A stretch of 64,000 nucleotides of DNA from the human T2T-CHM13v2.0 reference genome, Homo sapiens: NCBI RefSeq assembly GCF_009914755.1, contig NC_060936.1; one strand, written 5' to 3'. The position numbers and the translations under genes are program-made. Shown here piece after piece: positions 18,167-31,085 of the stretch; position 1 is the stretch's first letter, and each line of letters opens with the position of its first letter. The notes under the pieces were generated by a model. The model was not told the DNA's origin and did no database searches. It saw only the letters and a program-made list of their open reading frames with translations.

Positions 18167-18651
18167 CCAGTGTCAGGCAGGGGCCAGCCCCTCAGCCCCT
18201 GAGCCAAGGGGGAAAAGAAGAAAAAGTACCTAACACAAGCTTCCTTTTTGCACAACCGGTCCTCTTGGCTGAGGAGGAGGAGCTGGTCACCCTGGCTGCA
18301 CAGTTAGAGAGGGGAGAAGGAACCCATGATGGGACTCCTGGGGTAGGGGCCAGGGGCTGGGGTCTGCTGGGGACAGGTCTCTCTGGGACAGACCTCAGAG
18401 ATTGTGAATGCAGTGCCAAGCTCACAGGCTGCAAGGGCCAGGCCAGAAAAGGGTGGGCCTGCAGCCTGCACCCCCCACCTTCCCCAACCCTTCCTCAAGA
18501 GCTGAAGGGATCCCAGCCCCTAGGTGGGCAGAGGCAGACCCTCCCCAGAGCTCCTTAGGAAGAAGACAGACTGGTTCATTGAATGCCGCCTTATTTATTT
18601 CTGGTGAGGATGCATGCGTGGGGCTGCTGGTGTTTAGAGTGGGGGCTACCC

Positions 18652-18657
18652 AATAAA
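18652..18657 (+). terminator. AQP5: AQP5 poly(A) signal
   Basis: AATAAA ~490 nt after the stop. Confidence 0.8.
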
Positions 18658-19999
18658 TCACTGATACTCACATTCCGCCTCTGTCTCTCCTCAGAGTGCC
18701 TTGAGACACTCTGGCCCATTGCCTCTCCTCTTTGTCATCCCACATCCTCCACCACGATCTCCACAGGGTACCAGGGGACCCCAGGACAAGTGCTCTGTGG
18801 GAAGAAAGGGAGACTGTGACCATGGGAGGCCCAGAGAATCAGAGAGATGGGAACAGAGCAGGGAGAGACTGAGAGAAGACCGAATATCAAAATAGAGCTA
18901 GAGGCCAGGAAGGAGGGGTCCTCACTGCAGTCACCCTCCACCCCTCCCCCTCAGCCATGTCAATCAAGTCCCTGCCACTTGAGGAGGGCTTGGCTGGCAC
19001 TTGAGGGGAGTACCAGGGTGTGACAGGCAGGGCGGAGGAGTGAGCCAACCGCAGCCCCTCGAGATGGCAAGGGGGTGACCAGCCAGGTTCCATCACAGCC
19101 CTGGGCTCGTTTCTCTGCACCTTGATCTTTCAAAAAGGTGTCCTGCTGGGAGCCTGTGCCCAGAGGGAGCAGCCCCCCGACCCCCCCAGAAGCCACATGT
19201 GGCCCAGCCCCCTTTTCCAGGGCTTCTCATGCCTTGGCCCACCAGTGTCCCCACCGTCCTCTCCTCTGGGCCTGAGCTCTGTCCTAGCCTGCTCTTGTCC
19301 CACTGTCACTGACACTCCTTAGGTAACCTCCTTAAACTCTCAGAGCCTCCCTCTCTTCATCTGTAAAATGGGGATAAAATATCACTTTCCTCACAAGATA
19401 GTTGTGGGGACCAGATGAGGGCATGAGATGCCTGGGACCAGTCAGCTTTCTGTGAGGAAAAGGCGGGGGGTCATGCAGTGAACAGCTCCGCATAGCCCAG
19501 CTTCGCAGTGAGCCCAGCCTGGAGTCAGTAACTACCCTCATTCCAATCTGGCCGTGAAACTTGGGGCAACATAAGCTCTCTGAGCTTTAAGGACCTTATC
19601 TGCAAAACAGGGGTACTTTTCCCGACCTCATGTGCTATGTGCTGTCGTGAGGAGAAAATGAGACCACGCCTGGAGGTAAAACGCTTGTACAAATGGTCAG
19701 GCGCCTTGGAGTGAGTGCTCAGTATAGTCGTGTTAATAGAAACCCACACGTGCCTGCCTAGTCTGAGGCCCCAGCCACATGCTTCTGCCCTCCTGGGGGT
19801 GTGTGGACCTGAGCGCCTGTCCAGCGGGGCCAGGAGACGGACTGAGAAGGGGTAGGGGAAGCTGTAGTTCTTGGCCAGCGAGAGGCAGTCCCAGGGGCTG
19901 GGGTGAGGAGTGGCAGACCCCCCAGCCTTCTCCACACTTAGAGTCTAAGCATCTACAAGTGAGAGGTCAGCCACTCATGTCCGCCCCATAGGCTTACAG

Positions 20000-20900
20000 T
20001 AAACACCACGTGGCATTGCGTGTGAGAACCCCGGGAGCCCAGGGAAGGAGCAGCCCCCCACCCACCGTGTCCCTTCCCACTTCTTCCAACCTGCCCCGGG
20101 CTGGGGGAGCCGGGCTGCAAGTGCCAGCTCTGGCCAGCAGAGGGCGACGTCGTCCACCGAATCCACAGCGTGGCGCCTCGTCGTCCACAAGTCCTGGGTC
20201 TGGGCTCTAGCCAGATGGGGGTGGAGTGGAGGACACAGGGAGTCCCTCATGCTTGAGTCCCCTGGGGCCACCTTGAGGCAGCCTATCCCAATGCATCCCC
20301 GCCCCGCTATCCGGGTGGGGCGCAGAAGAGAGGGGAGCCCTTCTCCGCTCAGTCTCCAGGAGACTCAGGTACAGACACAGCCATGACCAGGAGGATGGGC
20401 TCTTCCTCCAGCCCAATGGGGGCCACGGCAGGGTGGACAGTGGACCCTTGGGAGACAAACCCGCGGGGGCAGGCAAGGCACTAAGTCAGAGGGGGCTACC
20501 GGCCCTGAGCTTCCTGCAGGTTGCCTCGCCTGGCCCTTGGGCAGGCTTCCAGCTAGGGCTTGGGGCTGACAAGCGCCGTGGTTGGGGCGGTGTGGCCAGC
20601 AGGGGTCGCTGTGTCTGCGTGTCGGATCTTGCAGGAGCGGCAGGTCTGCGGGCTCACAAAGTCCCGTGCACACGCGCGCACACACACTGACCCCACACAG
20701 TCCGGGGCTCGCGGCCACACACTGACCTCAGTCGTGCCCGAGGGCTGCATGTTCCGGGTGTGTGCGTCTCCTTTCCTCCGCACGTTCATTCGAATGTGCA
20801 GAGCCACATCAGCCCTCCTCCAGCATTCGCTCACAGGGCCACCGCCGGCCCCACCGCGGGCCCAGACCTATGAGCCTGGCTCCACGGGTTCTCAGAGGCA
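20000..20900. promoter_or_regulatory. Intergenic CpG-rich region with tandem CTCF-like motifs
   Basis: CpG enrichment; TGGCCAGCAGAGGGCGAC 20131-20148 and TGGCCAGCAGGGGTCGCT 20593-20610. Confidence 0.65.
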
Positions 20901-23900
20901 CACCTGTGTGCTGTCCAACGCAAGCACACACAGTCCCCGTCACCTCTGCTGCACCTAAAGATGGAACCCAGGGAGAGTCTGGATTCTCCTGTGGGAGGCT
21001 CCCTTCCCCTTCCTCCCTCTCTTCCTCTCCCCAGGGCCTGCCAGTTCTCACCAGCTGGGAGGTGGACAAGGTGATATGGGGAGAGATGGAAGAGGACCGG
21101 GAGGAGAGGTGGAGAGCGGACAGAGGGGCTGGCTGTTGAGATGGGTGGACAGGAGGAAGGACATCTGGGAGGACCAGGTCTCTCCGCTCCTCTTGGCCTC
21201 ATGTGTCTCCGTCATGTGTGGATGAGGACATCAGACCTCCCTACCTTTCCAGGTTTTGTGGGGATCACTGAGATGAGGCACGGGAAGCCATCTTGAATTC
21301 CCTCCCCATCAGTTTGTGTTCTCCCTCCTTTTCTCTCCCGGTACCTTCCTCCTTCCCCTCCCCTTCGCCCCCCTTACTTTCCCCAATCTCTAATAGGACT
21401 TCAGTCAGAGCTGCATTGACAGGCAGCCCTAGGCAGCCAGATAAGGAACCTCGGCAAAAGGTTTTTGAGCATGAATGAGCTTAAAGCTTGGCACTAGAGC
21501 CCAGTGCTGGCTGGGTTCGGGCACGTGCTGGCTAGGACAGGAAGCCAGGCCTGGAGCAAGCCCTGGTCAATGGCTACCTGGCCTCAGGAGGTGAAGGACC
21601 TTGTCCCAGGCTGGGCAGAGGTCAGGAGACTCAGCCCCGAGCTAGCTGGGGACAAGGGCTGCCACTGCACTTAGCACTTTCAGGCTCCAAGGCCCAGGGC
21701 AGGTGCTGAGGTGCCTGTCTTGGAGCCGCCATGCAGCCCCGTCCCCACAGCTGTCTAACGGCAGGGGGCAGGGAAGTTACAATCCTAATCATTCACATTT
21801 TCTGACTTGGAGGCCCTCTCCTAGGTATCAGCACATTTACTCCTAACTACACACAGGGAGGAGGGAATTATTAGCATCATCCCCACTGCATAAATGAGGA
21901 TCTTGAGGTTAAGCAACTGCTTAGGGTGCAATACACATGGCAGTGTTCACAATCCTTTCAGTGGCCTCATCAGCAGCTCTCAACAGGTAAGCATTGCTGC
22001 CACGTGGCGCCCATTTAACAAGGGCAGAAACTGAGGCTAGGTCAGATGAAAGTGCCTGTCCACCAAGCCCTCTACTCGCCCTGCCTGAAGTGAGGGAAGC
22101 AGACAAGTGCCCTTGAGCTACCCTGGGACAGCCCCCAGCCAGGGAACCCCCCGTGCCAGGGAGGAACAGTGCCCACGCCGCCCCCACAGCCATGCCCAGT
22201 CATCCCTTGAGCATTTATTGAATGACCCCTCTATGCCAGCCAGGGATGGATGTCTGTGCTGGAACAGTGGAGGCATTGAGGAGGCAGAGGCCACAACCAG
22301 CCCCTGGCTTTGCTCAAGCCCTGCTTCTCTAAGAAGCTTGCCCTGATTCTGCTGGAGAGGGAAATGAGGGCAGGCTTCGCAGAAGAACAGCACTTGAGCA
22401 AAGTCTTGAGAGACAAAAAGGAGAGGCATCCAAACTCCACAGCAAAGGGCTCGTTCTGGGGAAATATGTCTGGCCTGTTTGGAGTAAAGGGTGCAGGGTG
22501 GGCAGTGGAAGGGGAGCCTTCCTTGCATGTTAAACATGGGTATTCAGACCTGATTCTGAGGCAATGGGGAGCCATTGAAAGCTTTAGAGCAGAGGAGTAA
22601 CTTGATGAGCTTTGCATTTTGGAAGGATCTCTCTGACAGTGAGTGGAGAGGAGAGTGGTGTGGAAGGGCACAACATAGTCTGAGAGCCCAGGAAGGAGGT
22701 TAATGCAGTCATCCTGGAGAGGTGATAAGGGCTGCACTGGGCCAGTGGCAAGTGGGGATGGAAAGAGGTGTCAAATATGAGAAAGAGCTACCAGGAACCT
22801 GGTACAAGGAACCTATTTGCTATGGGCTGGGGGAAGGGGAAGCACCAGATGCTTCCTGTGTTCTGGCCTGGGCAACTGAGTGAGAGTAGGGTGAGGAGGA
22901 GCAAGCCGGAGGGTCCAGTGAGAGGTGAGTGGGTCTGGAGTTTAGGAGAAAGATCTGGGCCAGAGACAGTGTTGAGAGTCGACAGTATCTGCAGGGTGTG
23001 GAAGTCACAGGTGGGAACAGGGCTGCCCAGGCACACTCATCAGGAGTGAGGGGCCATGGGCCAGGAGTAGACAAGTCCTGGGCTTAAGGATCAGCAGAAG
23101 AGGAGCCAGCCATGGAGGCCACGTGGCAGAGTTGCCCTCACAGAGATGGGAGGACAGCCAGGAGATGTGCCTCAAAGGCAGGGAAAAAGAGGCGTCAGGA
23201 AGATGGCCGGCAGCCCATGTGCCACAGTGGGCTGGAGAGGAAATCATGCTGGCCTTTGCCAGAGCGGTTTCGGTAGCCGGGGGCTGGGGGCTGTTGTGCA
23301 GTGGATAGGTGGCTGGAACCTTGACTCCAAATCATGATCTTTCACTGCTCCGCGACTACGCAGGCACGTTTATAGGGAAGAAGTCAAGAGAAGGGGAAGC
23401 CTGAAAGCCACAGGTGAGACTGGGAAAGGCCAAGAGAGGGTCCCAGTCACTCAAAGGGAGCCAGAAGTCCAAGGAGGGTCCCCCGACCCCGACTTGTACA
23501 CTGGAGAAGGGCTGCCCCTACTTCAAGGCCACAGGGCAGCTGGTGAGGCCACAGGGCAGCTGCAGGTGAGTTTGGCTGGGAGGGAGGATGGGAAGAAGTC
23601 TTGCCTGGTAGCTTGGCTTTCTAGGTAGGGTGGGAGGCAAGGGTGGGTGCTCTGCTGAGAGAAAGCCAGAGTGAGTCGAATACTTGAAGAGAGTGGGGGA
23701 GGTTTAAAGAATGAGGGGAGAGCTGTGGAAGGATTGCTGAGCAGAGCTGCGATCCCTACTGGGGCCAGAGACCATGAACTTGTCATGGTAGCAGTCTGCA
23801 CGACTGGGTGAGTTTCTCCAGCAGTGCTCAGCAGCGCAGATGGGGGGCAGAAAGGCGTGGAAGAGGATGAGAACAGAGACACGCAGCAGGGACGGGGTGG

Positions 23901-24194
23901 AGAGGACAGGGAGCCAGGACCACGGAGCGCTGACAAGAGCCTGCTCAGGGTGAGATGCCCAGGAGTTCCCTGGAGAGGACACGGTGAAGTCGAGACAGCA
24001 GGGAGAACAGAAGGAAATGGGTGAGGGATGTTACTGGGACTCAGACAGGGACTGGGGAGGAACAGAGCCTGTAGTCCAGAGTTAAGATGTTTCTCTTGAA
24101 GATATCAGAGGGCTCAGTCCCAGGTGGGGGAAGGTATGAGTATGAGGCTGAAATGCAGCAGACATAGTCATCTGCCCCGGGAAGTCAAGAAGTT

Positions 24195-25050
24195 TTTATT
24201 CATTCATTCAACAAATATTTATTGGGCAGTTACTGTGCCAATCTCTGTGCAAGACACTACATGCAGGGGTGAACAAAACTTGGTTCCCGCCCCCCAAAGG
24301 CCTCCCCGCCTTGCCTCACTGGGGAGACACATTCACACCATGACAACACCCTGTGGTGACTGCAGTGTAGGAGAATGCCCAGGTGTGGTGGGAGCACGCA
24401 GAAGGGTCCCCACCCAGGAAAGGAGCAAGCGACGTCAAAGCTGAGCCTTTGGAATGGGAGTTACCCAAGCAAAGGGAGTGCAAGGGATCTCCAAGAAGAG
24501 GAGAGAGCTTTTTCCAAGGAGAGGCCAGCAAGAGTGTGCATTTGGTGAAACCAGAGGGTAACAGAGTGGGGAGAGGTGAGGGAGAGCTGCAGGGTCCCTG
24601 AAGGCAGGCACAGAGCTTCCAGAGGGATGGGAGGCTTGGAAGGGATTTTAGCAGGGGAGCAGCATGATCAGATTTGCATTTTAGCACTTGGGCTGCAGTA
24701 TGGAAAATTGATTGAAACGGAGCAAGGGAGCAGACAGAGAGACTGGTGAAAGGCTGCAGGGCGGCAGGGGTGGCAAAAAGAGGGCACAGTCAGGAGATAT
24801 TTAGGATTGAAAATCAGCAGGACTTGATGCTTTTCCTGGATGGGGGAAGGAGGGAGAAAAGGGTCAAGGATGCTTCCCAGATGCCACCAGCTGAGCTGCA
24901 GAAAACAAGAGGAGAACATGGGGGTTGGGGGGGGGGTACCAGGAGACAGGAGGATCACATCTGGAGACAGATTGCGTTTGAGGAGCCTGAGAACAACCAG
25001 GGGACATCTGTAGGCAGGTAGATATGCCAGGGATGAGGTCAGGACACCCA
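24195..25050 (-). mobile_element. L2 fragment(s)
   Basis: ttcattcattcaacaaatatttattg (L2 3' end, antisense) followed by diverged L2-like body; similar sequence at ~22200-23100. Confidence 0.65.
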
Positions 25051-25157
25051 GCTACGGTGAAGAGGGGAAGACTGTTATTTCAATAGCTTGGCAGACTCTT
25101 CTTAGGGAGGAACACTTTTGTTTGAGAAGATACCTTGCTATCTGCTAGGGTTAAAAG

Positions 25158-25226
25158 GGGAAAGCCTAGGGCATGGGTGACCATAGGGCCAGGGAAAGCC
25201 TAGGGCATGGGTGACCATAGGGCCAG
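25158..25226. repeat. Perfect 34-bp tandem duplication
   Basis: GGGAAAGCCTAGGGCATGGGTGACCATAGGGCCA x2. Confidence 0.95.
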
Positions 25227-26184
25227 TGCAGCCACAAAAAATGGTTAAGCTGCCTTGTGTGAGAAAGGAGTGAAATCTGTTTGGCCCCTGAGAGGAGGAG
25301 AGCAGAGACGGAGGAGCCAAGAAGGGAGGGGAGCGCGGGGGAGGGCAGGGAGGCAGGAGGAAGTGAGTGAAGGGCCAGTGGAAATTTCCCCTGGTGGACA
25401 GCAGAGGTGCCCATGGCCTTGTGTGATCTGACGCGGTTTGAGTCGCTGTGGAATAAACCCCTTCTCCACCCGCCCCTCTGCAACCCCACAGGCCACAGTG
25501 TCCACAGCGTCCTTGGTAAAGTCGACTATATTCACATCTGCATTCTGTGAGTGCGGGTATAGGTGGGAGTGGAGGAGGGAACTTACTTTCTGGGTTTACG
25601 GGCACGGTGTGGTGTCAGCCCATTTGGAAGCAAAGCCTAGATATGGAGGGGGCCAGACGAACAGGACCTGGGAATGCACAGGACCCCCTGAAGCAGGCCG
25701 GGGATCTGAGTGATCTTGCTGTATCTAAGCTGACATTGGAACATGAACAGTCTGAAATCCCATGAGCCCCGCTGCCCTGCACCTGCGACCCTCAGGCTAG
25801 ACCTTGGACTGTCTACAACACGAGTCAGGCCCAACCCGCCCTGGAAATCATCGTAGGAGGTTCCAGCTCAGTGCCCAGAGACAGCCCCCACATCCCACCC
25901 CATCAGGTCAGCTCAGGCTGGAGCAGGCATATGAGCAACACCCCTCATTCCACCCCCATACACATGCATAAGCCCATCCGCCTGCGCCCTGCCAGTCTGA
26001 CCAGCACAGTCCTGGGGACAGGAGCGTGGTGGAGGAGCTGCAGGTGGGGGCCAGAGAAGCCTCCACAGAGAGCAAAAGCCAGGGTCAGCCAGAGACAGGA
26101 CACCAGAAGAGACAGGAGATCAGAGACCAGAGGAACAGAGAAGAGGCCCCAGAGCAAGGCAAGGAACGGCCAAGGCACCAGGAC

Positions 26185-26586
26185 ATGGATGCAGTGGAGC
26201 CAGGGGGACGTGGCTGGGCCAGCATGTTGGCGTGCAGGCTTTGGAAAGCCATCAGCAGGGCGCTGTTTGCAGAGTTCCTGGCCACGGGGCTGTATGTGTT
26301 CTTTGGCGTGGGCTCAGTCATGCGCTGGCCCACAGCACTTCCCTCCGTGCTACAGATTGCCATCACCTTCAACCTGGTCACCGCCATGGCTGTGCAGGTC
26401 ACCTGGAAGGCCAGCGGGGCCCACGCCAACCCCGCCGTGACGCTGGCCTTCCTCGTAGGCTCCCACATCTCTCTGCCCCGTGCTGTGGCCTATGTGGCTG
26501 CCCAGCTGGTGGGGGCCACGGTGGGGGCTGCTCTGCTTTATGGGGTCATGCCGGGAGACATCCGAGAGACCCTTGGGATCAACGTG
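26185..26586 (+). CDS. AQP6: Aquaporin-6 exon 1 (aa 1-134)
   Basis: [31 protein letters not shown]...ITFN63LVT...GAHANPAVT; donor GTAGGT at 26587. Confidence 0.98.
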
Positions 26587-27334
26587 GTAGGTGCAGGGAG
26601 GGGCACCTGGAGGGCCAGGAGGCGGGAATGCGCACAAGTGGTGAAGGTGGAGGCCAGGACGGAGGCGAGGGAGCAAAGGAGGAAACAAGTCAGCTGCAGG
26701 CTCCACATCCTCCCGGGCTGGGCCCCAGGACCCAGAGGACTGAGACTTTGACCTCAGTCTAGGCAGAATAGAAATGGGATAGTGGCGCGAAGAACAGGTG
26801 GAGAAGGAAGAGGCCACATAAAGGAGAAGGAATAGAAGGACCAGGCGTTTAAGGGTAGATGCGGCCAAGGGAGTGCGGGGCCTGTGGGTAGAGAAGGGGA
26901 CCCCACGGGGACTTCATTTTTCTCCCAGGCTCCACCCACGTCCTCTGCTCTCCGACTGTTCCCAAGTTCTTCCCTCCACCTCGAGGCCTGCCTCACTCGC
27001 CCCTTCTCCATTTCGTAACCATCTGTGTTCCACCTTCTTCCCCCAAATCTCCTCCTTCCACACCTGCTGCCAGTCTCCTCTCAAGCAAGCCTCCTGAACC
27101 ACTGGCCCCAACCAACCCACTGGTGGGGTGGGAGGAGCACCACTCACTTCTGCAGGGAGCAAGGGTCCAGAGCAGATATGGACCCCTCTGCACAGGCCTC
27201 CCGAAGTCCTGAAGCTGGGCGGCAGTGAGGTGTCACCCCCTTCCAGCTGAGGAGACCAGGCCCAGTGGCAGGGGTTTCTCTGTCTGTCCGTGGGCAGAGC
27301 CCGCGTCTGGTCCAGAGTAACTCCCTCTGTCCAG

Positions 27335-27493
27335 GTCCGGAACAGTGTCTCAACTGGCCAGGCGGTGGCAGTGGAGCTGCTTCTGACCCTGCAGCTGGTG
27401 CTCTGTGTCTTCGCTTCCACCGACAGCCGTCAGACATCAGGCTCCCCGGCCACCATGATTGGGATCTCTGTGGCACTGGGCCACCTCATTGGG
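27335..27493 (+). CDS. AQP6: Aquaporin-6 exon 2 (aa 135-187)
   Basis: ccag/GTC CGG AAC; [15 protein letters not shown]...GHLIG; donor GTAAGG; 159 nt. Confidence 0.98.
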
Positions 27494-27756
27494 GTAAGGA
27501 ACAGAGGGGACACCGTGCACATGCACACACCGGGTCCGTCCCCGGGGAAACTGTGGAGCCCTGAAGGCCAGGCAGTGTCCCTCCCTGAGCCCCTCGTGCC
27601 TTGGAGCCAAAGTGGTACCCCCTGCACTCTAGGCCCAGGATATGGCACTACAGAGGCCGTGGCTGGGGCTAAGGCTCTGAGCCAGGACTGAGAAATGGTC
27701 CCCTCTCAGGCCTGCCTTAAACCTTCTCCCACCCTGACCCTGCACTTGCTCCCCAG

Positions 27757-27837
27757 ATCCACTTCACTGGCTGCTCCATGAATCCAGCCCGCTCCTTCGG
27801 CCCTGCCATCATCATTGGGAAGTTCACAGTCCACTGG
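27757..27837 (+). CDS. AQP6: Aquaporin-6 exon 3 (aa 188-214)
   Basis: [27 protein letters not shown]; AG/GT boundaries. Confidence 0.98.
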
Positions 27838-28475
27838 GTGAGCCCCTCTGCTGGCAGCCCTGGGGAGGGAAGGGAGCCTGAGTTGCCTGTAGACGGTGGG
27901 TTTCACTTGCAGCTTCCCTAAGCTCAGAAGGCCAGGGTGAATGTCTTGGCTGAGACTTCCTTTCTTTTCGGCTTCAGTTGCCCAGGATACCCAGTGGACT
28001 GGCAAGAAATGGGCCAGGGCAGGAGCTGCAGCCTTGGCCCAGACTTTTAAGTCCTGGCTGTTTCCTTATTCACTTTCTCCAGCTGGACCAATTTTCAAAC
28101 TTGGATAAAGAAAAAGACAAACAGAAATAGACACACACACCAGCAGAGACAGAAACAGCAATAGCCAGGACTCCTGGCTAAAACGGGGGAAGTGAGAGGA
28201 AAGAGGCGGGGGCGGGTGAGGAGACTGGCCCCAGGCCCCAGCCACGGCTGCAGAGCCTGGGCTCAGCCCCAGGGAGGGCAGGGAGAGCAAGGGGCAAGGT
28301 CCCCTTACCTTGTGGGCTTGGGAAACACGACTCGTGGTTCTCAAATTTAGCACCTTACAGACAGTTGAGGGAGACCTGGGAGATCAAGTCGGCACTGGGG
28401 AAGCAGGCAGCGGTCCCAGAGCCACCCTGTGGTCCTGATAGCTCCTGGGTGGGGTGACGACATCCTTCTCCTCAG

Positions 28476-28682
28476 GTCTTCTGGGTGGGGCCCCTGATGG
28501 GAGCCCTCCTGGCCTCACTGATCTACAACTTCGTCCTGTTCCCCGACACCAAGACCCTGGCGCAGCGGCTGGCTATCCTCACAGGCACCGTAGAGGTGGG
28601 GACAGGGGCAGGGGCAGGGGCGGAGCCCCTGAAGAAGGAATCCCAGCCGGGTTCGGGAGCCGTGGAGATGGAGAGTGTGTGA
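28476..28682 (+). CDS. AQP6: Aquaporin-6 exon 4 (aa 215-282)
   Basis: [10 protein letters not shown]...[13 protein letters not shown]; total 282 aa. Confidence 0.98.
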   Translation, partial: VFWVGPLMGALLASLIYNFVLFPDTKTLAQRLAILTGTVEVGTGAGAGAEPLKKESQPGSGAVEMESV

Positions 28683-29147
28683 AACAGCCTACGCCTGGCC
28701 GCGCCCTTGGGCTTCCTGCCTTGCAGGACCTGCCTGGAGGTTCTCCCTGGGGGTGGCGGGAGGGGGAGGCTTGACCTTTTGTCCTGACCAGGTGGGCTGG
28801 AGGGGACAAGCCCTATCCCTGGCATTACGTTTCTAGGTAGAATCTGGGAGTGAATTTGTCCCATTCCCTCTCTGTAGGGCTTCCCCACCTCTCGGTGGGA
28901 CAGAGCAGAGGAAGGCAGGGGATTTAGGATCGCCCTCCCATCCTCTCACCCACTGGACCCCGTAGGAGTCCTGACCCCAGATGCCCAAGTCTTGGGGGAG
29001 AAAGGAATGGGAGCCCAGACAGCCACTCTGCTTAGACATGGGAGCTATAGGGACCTCAGGGAGCCCCAGCTTCTTACCCACCCAGGAAACCCTTGGTCCA
29101 GAGAGGACAGGCTTTCTGGAGGAATCAGGCCCTGGGACAGCCTCTGA

Positions 29148-29645
<498 letters not shown>

Positions 29646-30130
29646 TAGAGAGGTGGGATAGAGGAAGGGAGGTTTGAGCCAGACAGGCCTTTCCCAGGGA
29701 AGCCTCCTCCCAGGTGCTTGCCCCAGCTCCCACCCCACAGCCCACTCTCAGGCAGGAACAATCCTCAGAGGGGAAGTGCCCATCTAGCCATTGACTCATG
29801 ACCTGGGTCAAAGAAGCCGTCTCCAGGCTCTCTGTCAGCATTACAGGATCCCCAGAAAGCTGTTGAATAAGCCCTAAGGGTGGTAGGAACCCAGGAGGGA
29901 CCCAGGAAACTAAGATTTGAGATTCAGTGCCTCTGAAAGACTACCAAAATCTAAGTTGGTTTAATAGTTAAAAGCTGCTGTAGATTTATTCTGCCCACAA
30001 CTTGGGGGTCCTTTCTGGATCTCGGCTTCTCCAGCTGTAAAATGGACACACAATCCTCCTCCAGGGACTGCTGTGAAATCAAGAAATCGGAAAATACTTT
30101 CAGAAGTTAAAATGCTAGAAAAACAACCCC

Positions 30131-30136
30131 AATAAA
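30131..30136 (+). terminator. AQP6: AQP6 poly(A) signal
   Basis: First AATAAA I find after the stop; downstream TG/T-rich; second AATAAA at 30384. Confidence 0.65.
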
Positions 30137-30474
30137 TGATGATTATTGTTGCTGTTACTGTAATTATTGGGTATGAAGACAATTGCTGTTGGTAATGAGA
30201 GGGAGGAGGGGAAAAGAGAGAGAGAAAGATGATTGAGAGGGAGGGAAGAGAGACTGGGTTTTCTCTCACATCATTGGATCTACTTAACCAGGGACCCTGT
30301 GTGCTCTTCTCCTGGGTCTGCTGACCTTGAGGCTTTGTGGGTGTGAGGGGCTGTGGGAGGGCCCTGGAATGAAGAGGCGAACCAATAAAATCAGTTCTTC
30401 TCATCTCTATGACGCCCATCACCATGGTACCCTAAGATGCAGCAGCCAAATTCATATAAAAGATGGGTCCTGGC

Positions 30475-30778
30475 GGCCAGGCACGGTGGCTCACGCCTGT
30501 AATCCCAGCACTTTGGGAGGCTGAGGCGGGCAGATCACGAGGTCAGGAGATCGAGACCATCCTGGCCAACATGGTGAAACCCTGTCCCTACTAAAATATA
30601 AAAAATTAGCCGGGCGTGGTGGCGCGTGATTGTAGTCCCAGCTACTTGGGAGGCTGAGGCAGGGGAATCACTTGAACCCGGAAGGTAGAGGTTTCAGTGA
30701 GCCAAGATCACGCCACTGCACTCCAGCCTGGTGACAGAGCAAGACTCTGTCTCAAAAAAAAAACCAAAAAAACAAAAC
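30475..30778 (+). mobile_element. Alu (AluSc/Y-like) with 17-bp TSD
   Basis: TSD AAAAGATGGGTCCTGGC at 30458-30474 and 30779-30795. Confidence 0.93.
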
Positions 30779-30792
30779 AAAAGATGGGTCCT

Positions 30793-31085
30793 GGCCTGGT
30801 GCGGTGGCTCCCACCTGTAATCCTAACACTTTGGGAGGCCAAAGTGGAAGGATCGCTTGAGGCCAGGAGTTCGAGACCAGCCTGGACAACATGGCAAAAC
30901 CCTGCCTCTACAAAAAATTAAAAACTTAGCCAGGCATGACGGCTCAAACCTGTAATCACCAACATGTTGGGTGGCCCAAGCAGGAGGATTGCTTGAGGCC
31001 AGGAGTTTGAGACCATCCTGGGCAGCATAGTGAAACTTCATCTCTATTATTTAAAATGAAAAATTAATTAAATTAAAATACAAAC
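30793..31085 (+). mobile_element. Old Alu made of two left-monomer-like units
   Basis: Both halves contain gaggccaggagtt(c/t)gagacca.cctgg. Confidence 0.8.
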
